A stretch of 61,026 nucleotides of DNA, filler included, from Antechinus flavipes (lineage: Eukaryota), in assembly GCF_016432865.1 (NCBI RefSeq). It is 2 parts of 2 records of this genome, joined end to end, with 100 filler letters (N's around TTAATTAATTAA, not from the genome) between each part and the next. Parts side by side here need not be neighbours in the genome. Positions count along the whole stretch, not along the records: positions 29,063 to 61,026 come from NC_067399.1; 1 more part is not named here. The stretch is one strand, 5' to 3'. The notes below the pieces were generated by a model that was given only the letters and a program-made list of their open reading frames with translations, did not search any database and was not told the DNA's origin. Made by a program: the position numbers and the translations under genes. Below, piece by piece: positions 50,504 through 61,026 of the stretch; the stretch's first letter is position 1; every line of letters starts with the position of its first letter.

Positions 50504-51165
50504 TGTGAGATGACTTGGTTATGTTTGTCTACCATAAGCTTTTAATCAACTTTATTTTAGGGGGAGAAAGAATTTTCACCACAGCAGTTTGGGATCATTA
50601 ATGTTACACAGATTTCAAAGTTATTTATGTCTGTCTTAGGGGAAATGATGCGAACATTGTTTCACTGGCAGATCACGTGGGGAATATGATGATTTGGGAG
50701 TTCCAATGTGTGATAGGAATGGGTGGGTGGACTCCATTAAAAGACCATGTCCCTGCTAGCAACTCACTATCTAAATGGGCTCCAGTGAGGAACAAACTGA
50801 CCCTATAGAATTATCTTGTCCTGACAGAATTATCTTGTTCAGACATAGCTATCCGGTACTGACGTCCACTGTTAACCCTATACCACTGGAGGTTAAGCTA
50901 TAGATGTCAGCTCCCAAGGCTATCTTGTATAAACAGGATGACCATAATCGCCAGTTGATTTACTGATGTACACAATTAGCATGGTTAGAACACATTGCTC
51001 TGGGTCTTTTCCTATAAAAGACCTCCCCTTGTTAGCTGAGAGTTCTATTAGGAACTTAATCTGTTTCTTACAGCATTATAATAAAGCTTTGCCCCTTGAC
51101 TCTGAAACCTTATTCTTTACTGGGTCAAGCTAGTGTCTGAAGGATCTGGATTGACTTTCTCCTCA
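50504..51165 (+). mobile_element. Probable LTR related to the provirus B LTR
   Basis: TATAAAA at 51013 and AATAAA at 51080. attataataaagctttgccccttgact is nearly identical to the provirus B 3' LTR at ~42759-42785. Confidence 0.6.
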
Positions 51166-51774
51166 GTCTTGTTTGGACTTCACCCTGGTGGGGAGATCTA
51201 TAAGGTTTTATTCGGATTTGAATGGAGATTGTCTTTGATTAGATTGCCCAAGAGGTGATTTGGAAGTAAATGACAATATCAAAGTCACAGCCCTCAGCCC
51301 TTATCAGAATAAGTCCACCTTACATTATAATATTCATTTTGTCTCATTACTTGTGAACCAATCAGAGTTGATTTCTACTCTCAGAAACACTAACTTCCAA
51401 GGGCATATATTCACTGAATGGGTTCCATGTTTACCTTTTAGTGTAGGAGAGTTAATCAGCGACCATCCTTTTATTAATAACATGCTACCATTATTTATAA
51501 AATAGTTTATTACTCAAAAACCATGACACAGCTGGAAACTTCTCACTGGAAAGTTGTCAAATTAATAGGGATATTCTCAGAAGCTAGAAGATCCTTTTCT
51601 CATTGAATGCATTTAATCAGTAAAGATATCACCCATCATCTCCCAATATGAACTCAGTTTTTCCAACCAAGAAAAATGGAAACAGAAGAAAATATACGTT
51701 GAACTGAATCTACTGATATTGAGAATATTACAGGTTGAAAAGAGTATAAGATTTGAAGTCAGTAGGGATGGAAA

Positions 51775-52107
51775 AAGCCATCTACATCCAAAGAAAGAAC
51801 TTTGGAAACTGTCTACAGATCAAAGCATACTATTTTCAGTGGTTTTTATTTTATTTTGTTTTATTTGTTTTTCTTTCTTGTGGTTTTCCCTTTTGTTCTG
51901 ATTCTTTTTCACAACACAAGTAATATGGAAATATGTTTTAAATGATTGTACATGTATAATCTATATGAGATTGCTTGCTCTCTTGGGGAGAAGGGAGGAA
52001 GGAGAGAGAGAAAAAAAATTTGGAGCTCAAAAATCTTACAAAAGTGAATGCTGAAAACAATCTTTCACATAATTGGAAAAATAAAATACTCGAGTGAAAA
52101 AAAAAAA
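51775..52107 (+). mobile_element. L1 3'UTR fragment
   Basis: Marsupial L1 3' end (tatggaaatatgttt...aatgctgaaaa...aataaaata) with an A tail. Confidence 0.8.
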
Positions 52108-54149
52108 TCTAAGTCAACAACTTGATTTTAGTCCCTCTGGCTATAGGACTCTGGGAAAATTGTTTTTAATTTGCTTATTTTTAATCCTGACTCTTTGTGA
52201 CCCCATTTGCAGTTTTCCTATCAAAGATACTGGAATGGTTTCCTTTCTCCAGCTCATTTTACACACGAGGAAACTGAGACAAATACAGTTGAATGACTTG
52301 CTCGGGCTCACACAGGTAGTAAATATTTAAACTCAGGAAGACGACTCTTCCCAATTTCAAGCCCAATACTGTATTTACTGCCGTGTATGCAAGTTATTGA
52401 TTCCTCCCCCCTCCCCCATTTTAAGATATATTGAGAAGAGGGAAATCAAAAAAAAAAGAGTAGGATCCCTTCTTAAAATAGATGAGATGACTGATGGTAA
52501 CTGATTGGAGAGAGAAGGCTCAACTTTCATGTTGTTTCTCTCTTCTTGGGAAGGGAAATCCTTTTTGGACTGCATAGTCAGAATAAAAATAGCCAACAGG
52601 TCTTCTTTTTGTCCAGTCTAATAATGAGAATCATCACAAAGTAGGATGGACTGCTTTAATAAGAAGAGGGTTCTCCCTCCCTCGAGGTCTTAAAACACAG
52701 GTTAGTCAGCCAGCCACAGCACATTTTTGTTGTTGTATTCAGTCATTTCAGTTCTGTCTGACTTTTCATGACCCCATTTGAGGTTTTCTTGGTAAGATGC
52801 TGAACTGGTTTGTTATTTTCTTCTTTAACTCCTTTCACAGATGAGGAAACTGAGACTTGTCTGGGGTCACATAGCTGGAAGACTTCCTGACTCCAGAACT
52901 GGCACTCTGCCCACTGGGTCACCTATCTCTCCCAAAACATGTCTGAAGACTCTAGTATGGGCTGGGCGCTGCGCTTGGTGGATACACTGAGGAAGGGAGT
53001 CACGGCCTGGATGAGGGGCTTCAGAGGGTCTTTCCAGCCTTGAGATTCTTCGACACTCCCTGAACTTGCTTCTCTCCACCCCCATCCCCCTCACCGGACT
53101 GTCGGGAGGAAAGTGCTTTCAAAGGAGTCTCTTATTCTGCCCACACACTTTCCCACTGACTCACGTCCCCAGGGCCCTGGTGCCTCCATGCTGCTGCTGC
53201 TGCTGTCTGAAGGAGGCAGAAATGTATTCTTCTCCCAGAAGGACCATTCTCTGTGTCCCGGACAGTCAGACTCTCAAGGTCACAGATTTAGAACTTGAAG
53301 TCAATCCAGCCCTCGCAGATGAGAAAACAGGTCTAAGATCACCCAGCATCGAGCCATCATGGAGGGTTCCCTCCCTGACCCAGCTGTAACTCACTTTCCA
53401 CCACACCGAGCGGCTCCTTTCACGGCTGAGGGGGCACTCTCACGAGGGACTGTTCCCGGAAAAGACATCCAGGACTGCCACCCAGTGTTCAGATAGCAAA
53501 GGCAGGAGGTCCGGCTCCGCTTGCCTGGAGCTAGGAGCCCTTCCAGCAATCAGTGCTCTTGGCTCTAGACTCTACGATCAAAGGTACGGAGGGGCAGAAA
53601 ACACCCACAAAATACTCCAATAACCCCAGCTCTGGCACAGACAGGTGAAGCCATGTAGGGATATTAGTAGCTTTACTTAGAATCAAAGTCCCACCTTTGG
53701 AAGACAAATGCAGAGATGGGGAGGGGTAGTGTGACATACAGGAACCAAGCAAGTCCCGAGTTCAAATCTCACCTCAGACACCAACTGACTTAATTCCTTC
53801 TAGCCTCAGTTTCCCTCTTTATCAAATGAGAGCTGGATTTGATAGTTTCTAAGATCCCTTCTGGTTCTAAATCTACAAACTGTTTAGAGATGGCAGCGCC
53901 TGCATTCTGGGTACAGAGTCAAAAAGTCAAAAATCAAAAAGTCAAGGGGCTCAAAGAATCTCAGAACTGCAAAGAGCCTCGGACACCATCTAATCCAACC
54001 CATGATCCCCACCTCTATATCCCCGCCAAACACAGTGCCTGACACCTAACATGTTTTAGGATTGCTGAAGTCTCAGCATAAATGAAATCAGGGTCTCTAT
54101 AATGACATTAATTTAGTCATTGTGTAAGAAAAGATTTAGCTAATAGATA

Positions 54150-54305
54150 GGAGGCAGCTAGGCAGTTCAGTGGATAGAGTGCAGGAAGACCCCAGTTAAA
54201 ATCTGGCCTGAAGATACTTACTTCTTATGTGACTTTGGGTAAGTCACTTAACCTCAATTTATCTTAATCCACTGGAGAAGAAAATGAGAAATCATTCCAG
54301 TATCT
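54150..54305 (+). mobile_element. MAR1-type CORE SINE
   Basis: ggcagctaggcagttcagtggatagag...gtgactttgggtaagtcacttaac...ccactggagaag. Confidence 0.7.
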
Positions 54306-55594
54306 GCACTGCCCTGCTATATGGCCCATGGGGTCCTGGAGAGCAGGATAGGGCTGAATAACAAGAAGATAAGAGATCTACACAAAAAATGTGCACCCCC
54401 CCCCCAAAACTAGCCACCGGCTGAAACCAATCAATAATCCCCTCTCTGCTTTGATAAATCACTCTGTGGATATATCGGCAGAAAATAAAGTTCTCACTCT
54501 CAAAGTCTTTGGCGCTGTCAAGATTCAACATCTGAAACTGATAGAATTTTATCATTGGAAATGAGGTTAAATAAAAGACATTATCATCTACATTGCTGAT
54601 TACTCTCTGAGGACCATGGGACTCTTCTGTCTGACGTGGAGCTGAAATCTTCCATATGTGTTATCTACCTTCGTCAGAATGAGAGCTCTTTGGGGGCCAG
54701 GATTGTGCCCACTGTTCTCCTCTTTATCCTCTGTGTTTAGCACAGTGAGGCCATAATCAATAAATGTTTTTATTTATTTATTCATTCATAACTAGGATTT
54801 CCTCCTAAAAAAAGAGATAAAAGGATTGTTTTTAGTTCTGTCCTGCTAATGGTTAAGAAGTATCTTAAATCCAAACCTAGAGGTGCCTCTCCGAAGAGCA
54901 AAACATCACTAAGGAAATAAGGAATCGGGACTCCATCCAGACTCCATCATAGGGTAGACCTTTTTTCTGAGCAGCCTTCTCCCTCATCTGTCTTTGATTT
55001 AACTTGATTCCCTCTCCTTGTAATTTGCTGGATTTGTGTCTTAGCCAGGATATACTCTCCAAGTTGGTGTTTTGATTTCTTCTCCAGAGTTCCTGAATGG
55101 GATTTTTCAGTACTGGTATTTTAGGTTTTATAAGAAAGTCCATGAAATTCAAAGAGACTTAATGAATAAAGGCCTGCCCATAGAATCAAGAAGACCTACA
55201 TTCAAATCCCAGCATTGCTATTTTATTGGCTATGAGACCTAGGTAAGCCACTTAATACTCCAGTATCTAAAGCTTCTAAAACTAAGTTACAGAGAGCTGC
55301 TGACTTGCCTTAATGGCAGGAGTTTCCATATTGAGAATTCTTGATATCAATCAAATCATAAGTTTTGGTCCAAGAATGAGGCTGCATGTTAGTGGAATAG
55401 ATTCTGGAGATTGTCACTTCTTAACCATTTGAACATAGACAAGACATTTAACTTCTGAGCTTGTGGAATGGGAGTGAGATTTACACAATCTACCTCATAA
55501 GGGCACTCAGAGGAAGTGTTCAATTAAAACATGAACTATCCTACTCTTCAGAGAAGAGGAATGATTGGGGACCCTCTCCCAAGTAAGCTTAAAG

Positions 55595-55858
55595 CCAGTG
55601 TTCCTAACCCTTTTGGGTGTCAGTCTGAAGCTTATGAACTTCTCACAATTATTGCTGTTGTTATTCATCCTTTGTTCTTGAGGTGGGGTGATGTCTTGAC
55701 ATGAGTGTGAATTGGATTTAAGTGAGGCAGAGCTGTACAAAATCATCACCATTCAGTGGCAAGACAAAATTCAAAACAAAAACTTTTTTAAATAATTAAA
55801 GAAAGTGCTAAATTTCAATTAGAGGTTAGCAAAAGACATATATATATATACATATATA

Positions 55859-55915
<57 letters not shown>

Positions 55916-55985
55916 TTTAGTCTCAACCAAATTTATGAATCCCCCTGAAATCTATGTACAAATCCCTGTTAAGAATTATCTTACA
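55595..55985. mobile_element. hAT-Charlie MITE with nested MdoRep1-like fragment and (TA)n
   Basis: cagtgttcctaacccttt 5' TIR-like end and cccctgaaatctat...gttaagaa 3' end. (TA)n at 55838-55907. Confidence 0.55.
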
Positions 55986-57344
55986 GGGATGAATGATGAA
56001 AGAATCACAATGGGAGACACTGGACTTGTTACTGAAACCTTACTCGACTGCCTTTTTTCCCAGATAGTGCACAAAATACATTTTTAAGGACCTTAATGAG
56101 AAACAGATTCCATTTCTTGATCTGCGTAGGAGAGATATCACTGATTATTATTGGTAGAGATTCCAGGAGCCATATGTTCTCTTCTTAATACATCTAGGAG
56201 CAAAAATGAGCTTGGGGAATTAGAGTGTGAGCTATTCCGGCCACTATTTATTTTTGTGTAGAATAAAGATAAAAGAAAAGGAACTGGAACCCTTCCCACC
56301 TATACTGAATTTTTTTTTTTTATAATAAATCCAGCCATGTTTGCTGACCTATTTATAGGTTCTAAAAGATCTGAGGATAAAACTTTTATAAGTGTAAGCT
56401 AGCATATACCTGGGTGCCAGGATCATTGTTTTAGGCTATAACTACCCTAAGGCCTCAACCATAGCAGGTCACTGGGCTGTAAGACCACCTTACAGCAGCG
56501 ACCAGGTTATGACAAGTTTATTTCAATAATCCACATATGTGATCCCTCTTGGAGAGATACTGAAGACAGGGCTTCAAAAAATACCCTAGTGATTGTTGTC
56601 ATTCACAGAAGCTGTTTTGAAACAAATAGCTTTTCAAAATTGCTGCTTAAAGAAATAACTTTAAGAAAATCTCCATTTGTAGCTGAAGGTCAAGTTGATG
56701 TGGACTATCCCTAATAAAGAGTAACTTCTTTTTGTCTAATTATTTGGGTCCAAGGCAGTTTAGCATAGTGGAGAAAGAGATGGCCTTGGATCAGGAAGAA
56801 CTGAGTTCCACGTTAGTCTGTGACACGTGATGGTAAGTGACCCTGGGCCAAATCTTTGGTTCTCTGGGCAATTTTCTTTTCTTTTCTTTTCTTTTCCTTC
56901 CTTCCTTCCTTCCTTCCTTGGCAACTTTCTCAGACTTTTAAGTTGTAAAGAGGATATAAAGTTGGGAGGGTTAGTTAACATATTGAATGGCAGAAAGTTC
57001 AACAAATAAACTGCCTGATTACAAATCTGTGGTTGGACATTCATTTCTAGGAAAATTAAGGGTTTTTAGCAAACTCCCAAATGAACATATTCTAACACTG
57101 TAACTTTTCTAAACCTCAATGTCCTTATCTGAAAAATGGGGGTAATATTAATGCCCGTAGTAATAATATCTCATAGAGTCATGCTAAAGCTAAAATATGT
57201 ATAAAGCGCTTTACAAAATTTAAAGTGGAATAGAAATGTCAGTGATGATGATATAAAGATGATGATGGATGCCAAAAATCCCACTCAGATTATAGACGAC
57301 ATTAATAAAAACATAATTCCTAGAAGAATGGATATGAACCTCCT

Positions 57345-58030
57345 AGGTCTGTCCTGGTCAGACCACATCTGTGGTTTTGTGTTCAATTCTAAGCACCATA
57401 TTCAATAAGGACTTTGATAAGCAGAAGCAAACAACACATAGAGGCAATGAGGGACAATGGACCTGAGGTCTTAGAAACAACTGGAATGACTCAACAATAA
57501 CAAAATCTGTTCCTTTGACTCCAACTTTTCGTGACCCCGTTTGGAGTTTTCTTGGCAAAGATATTAAGTGATTTGTCATTTCCTTCTCCAGGTCATTTTT
57601 ACCAGTGAGGAAACTGAGGAAAATATGGTTAAGTGACTTGTCCAAGATTACATAGCTAGTAAGTGTCGGAGGTCAGATTTGAACTCAGTTCATCCTGACT
57701 CCAGTCTGAAACTGAGTTGAAATTCTACTTATTAAATGTATAATCTTGAATAAGTAATGTAACCTCTCTAGGCCTAGATTTCCTTTCCTGTAAAATGTGG
57801 GGATTAGATTAAATGGTCTTTGAGATTCTTCCAGCTCTACTTTCATGATTTAAGAGTCAAAAATTATGGTGGTGAGATGACCAGAAATCATATCATACAA
57901 ACATTTGGTGGGGAAAAAATGGAAATATTTAGCCTGGAAAGAAGAATTATATTCAAATATATAAAAGGCTCTTCTAATAGGTGGAAGAATATTAATTACA
58001 TTAATTATAATTGTTCTGCTTGGCCCAGAA
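57345..58030 (+). mobile_element. CR1/L3 fragments interrupted by a MAR1 SINE (~57525-57710)
   Basis: ctggtcagaccacatctg...tgtgttcaattct and tttagcctggaaagaag...ttgttctgcttggcccaga. Confidence 0.65.
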
Positions 58031-58779
58031 AATAAAAACAACAAACAACACATAGAGGCAACAAGGGACAATGGAGAAGGCCCTGAGGTCTTGGAGTCAA
58101 AGGAACAGATTTTGTTATTGTTGAGTGATCCTAACATAAAGAAAAACATTTTAAAAATTAGAACAATCTAAAGGTGAAATGGTTTGATTTAAAAAACCCT
58201 GAGTTGACTGTCCTCAAAAAACTTTCCGAAGAGCTGGACAGTAATTTTCTTAGGAATGTTGTAGAATGGATTCCTGTGTAGGTACAGATCAGAGGAGATG
58301 GCATAAGAGGACTTTTGAAATTCTAAGATACTATCAATGACAAAACTGCCTTTTCATCTCAAGTATAAATTGGCAATCCTAAATCAGAACACACCAAAGT
58401 GAAAGAACAGATGAGAACAATGATCATCATATAGGGCATTCAATTGCATTATCTCTAAAGTCCCTTTTAGGCTGGACTGGCTGTCATGGCTATTCTCCTT
58501 ATTCATATATTTTCATGTATTTCAACTAGGTACTACTAGGTCCCAATCTAATTTAGAATTGCCTTAAAGAAATTCCTGAATACCTGGGTGAAACTTGTAG
58601 AGTTCAAAATCAACATCAAATTATAAAAATTCCACTTTTACTGTATTATTTTGCCTTTCTCAAAAAAAAAATCTATTTCCAAACAGATAAAGTCTAAATT
58701 CTTTTGCTTGCCTTTCAAAGCCTTCTCAAAAATTTCATTCCATCATTGCTTCAAAAGCTCTAAGTTACTATTGATTACA

Positions 58780-59340
58780 GAATATCTATCAAATTTGCAA
58801 AACATGACAGAAAAGGAAAATGACAAATCCTGAAGAGGATGTGGAAAAATTGAGACACTAATACACTGTTGGTAGAGTTGTGAACCCAGTGCAATCATTT
58901 TGGAGAATAATTTGGAACTGTGTCCAAAGGGTTATAAAATTGTATACATTCTTTGACCCAGCATTACCACATTAGATCTGTATCCCAAAGAAATCAAAGA
59001 AAAGGGGGATGGACTTGTTAAAACAAAACCTATTTATAGTATTTATAGTTTATACAAAACCTCTTGTAGTGGCAAAGAATTCAAAATTCTAAATGCAGAA
59101 TGAAACACTTTTAAAACTTTATTTTTCTATTTTTTTGTTTGTGTTTTCCTTTGCGACATGGCTAACCTGGAAATATGTTTTGTATGACCGCATTTATAAT
59201 CAGTATCAAATTGCTTATCTTCTGAAGGAGGGGGAAAGAATAGGGGAAAGAGAAAATTAGAAACTCAAATATTTTTTAAATGATTAAAAAATTTTTTTAC
59301 ATATAATTGGGAAAATTTAATAAAATAAATAAAATATGTA
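58780..59340 (+). mobile_element. L1 3' end with internal deletion
   Basis: ORF2 C-terminal nucleotide motifs (acactaatacactgttggtagagttgtgaac, tgtatcccaaagaaatc), then 3'UTR and A-rich tail. Confidence 0.85.
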
Positions 59341-59706
59341 AAAATTAAAAGGGTTTCATGATAAATAGGCTAGGCTATTCACAATGCCCTCAGCCCCAAA
59401 TCCCCTCTGTATGAGAGAGATGGAAACTATATTGATCACTTTGTATCCATTAAATCCATTTTCATTCTTACCTCGCCTCCTTTACTTATGATGTTGTTTC
59501 TTTTATGAAATATTCTTCTTTATTCTAGTCAACAGTCCCAATCCAAATTATTCTCCAAAGATGAGTTCAGTTCTCATATCCTCTAAGACTCTTTTCTGTT
59601 CCACCCTGCACTGATGGCTCTCTTTTCTAAACATCTTTATCATGTGTAACTTATAGACTATAACTGACTTCTTGATATTTTAAAGCTCTCTTGAACTCTA
59701 CTCTAT

Positions 59707-59989
59707 TGTTAACAGATGAGAGACGTCCCACTCTGTTGGAACACACGGGAGCCACCTGACAGTGGCTGCTGGAGATCCAACCCAGAATGGATCTACTCTT
59801 GTGAGAGGATGACACAAGGAGACTGAGAGGCAGTTGCTGTTTTCTGACCTCTCCCCTCTTCCCTCTGCCTCCAATTTATCTCATTCCCAGTCCGCAACAC
59901 CTGTGTCAGCAAAGGCTGCCCTAAAATTCCTTCAGATGCTATGATCCACAGCTGTGGAGACTCTCGGAGAATTGACCTGTCCCTTAACA
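59707..59989 (-). mobile_element. Solo LTR (283 bp)
   Basis: Inverted termini TGTTAA...TTAACA, and a GC-richer island against the AT-rich flanks. Orientation is inferred. Confidence 0.7.
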
Positions 59990-60110
59990 CCTCTCTAATT
60001 GGAGTCTAATCTCTCTGAGGTCTGGAATTGCTTTTAATTCAGTATGCAAAACACTGTGATACTCCCCAAATCATCCAAAACAGTGTTTGTTGGATTCAAT
60101 ATTTAACTTG

Positions 60111-60247
60111 AGGGCAGCTAGATGGTGCAGTGGATAGAACACCCGCCTTCGAGTCAGGAGGACCCGAATTCAAATGTGGTCTCAGATATTTAACAAGTAC
60201 CACTAACTGTATGTCCCCGAGCAAATCTCTTAATCCCAATTGCCTGC
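60111..60247 (+). mobile_element. WSINE1-type SINE
   Basis: gggcagctagatggtgcagtggatagaac...gaattcaaatgtggtctcaga. Confidence 0.8.
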
Positions 60248-61026
60248 TTTCCCCCCTTTCCCTCTTCATGTGTGTACATGTGTGTGTGGGTTTGTGTGTA
60301 AAATTAACTTGAAAATGAATGAGGATAAATTCTCAGAATATCGAAAGCACTATTAAAAATAGAGATATTTTAAAGCCATAGAATCTACAGAAAGCTAAGT
60401 AAACTATTCTAGAAACTGAAAGTTCCAACCCCTTATGGTTATCTTGTCTTGTCTATTTGACTGTAGTCTTCTTGAGTTTAAATTCCAAAGAGAAGGAAAG
60501 GAATGGACACACTTTGTTCTTTAATACCAATAGATGCTAATTATTTCCTCGTACTTGCTGCAGTCCATGAAACAAGCATTTATTGAAGTCCTACTATGTA
60601 CCAGGCATTATTGTAATTTCCTGGGTACAAAGAAGCAAAAATGAAAGATTTCCTGACCTTAAGAAACCAGTGGCGCGCACAGGGACAAGGGATTGGATGG
60701 GCAGCTGTGGTCATATGTGCTTTGTAGTCAGTTATAAATGAAACCTGGCACATAGATCATCATTGCTCAGCTTCCTCAAAGATAAAGTTTGTATCTGGAT
60801 TCTGAAACAGCCCAAACACTTAGTCATAGAGCCATGCAACATGGTCTAGTTGTTTCATGAAAGGAGCCTGGATTTGCCTGTTTCCTCATCTTTAACATTT
60901 GGGGGTTGGCTTAGATGACGTCTCTCTTCCAATGTTAGAATCTGTGATCAGGTGTAAATCAACATGCGATATATACTTGTTCTCCTTGCTGTGTCACCCA
61001 TGGGATTAGTGGCCAGCTGTGTTTTT

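Noticed and set aside
53066-53389. ORFs with an MLLLLL stretch as a possible CD34 or signal-peptide exon
   Set aside because: The stretch comes from a (CTG)n run, does not resemble the CD34 N-terminus, and has no convincing splice donor.
56349-56358. MEF2 site CTATTTATAG
   Set aside because: It is a single AT-rich motif with no supporting cluster and is expected by chance.
59700-59996. TSD for the solo LTR
   Set aside because: The flanks ctctat and cctctc do not form a clean duplication, so none is claimed.
14270-61026. Non-retroviral endogenous viral element or domesticated env/transposase gene
   Set aside because: There is no long ORF and no recognisable borna-, filo- or parvovirus, env or transposase motif. 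A tBLASTx search would be needed to exclude highly decayed copies.

Overview
Genomic DNA from a marsupial. WSINE1, MAR1/MIR, RTE, L2 and marsupial L1 repeats point to an Australian species, probably a dasyurid (inference). Bases 1-14.25 kb hold the last five coding exons of PLXNA2 (plexin A2 cytoplasmic GAP domain, ending ...[10 protein letters not shown]) and a ~5 kb 3'UTR with no recognisable repeats. The remaining ~47 kb is intergenic. In human the next gene in this direction is CD34, which I do not see in this window. This stretch is dominated by nested transposons: a fragmented RTE, L1 3' ends with target-site duplications (TSDs), an ORF1-only half-L1 (HAL1-type), hAT and Tigger MITEs, solo LTRs, and two back-to-back degraded class I proviruses (33.1-37.3 kb and 37.9-42.9 kb). 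A 100-bp scaffold gap carries a synthetic TTAATTAATTAA linker. I cannot confirm a novel biological system and found no intact viral or novel ORF. The best leads are a candidate frameshifting (poison) microexon in PLXNA2, a sense-strand intronic L1 poly(A) signal, the provirus pair with asymmetric LTRs and + strand splice donors, and several unique motif-rich islands that may be PLXNA2/CD34 enhancers. Exon, LTR and TSD coordinates were counted by hand. Most other repeat boundaries are approximate (about +/-30 bp), and repeat family names come from recognition rather than a database search.
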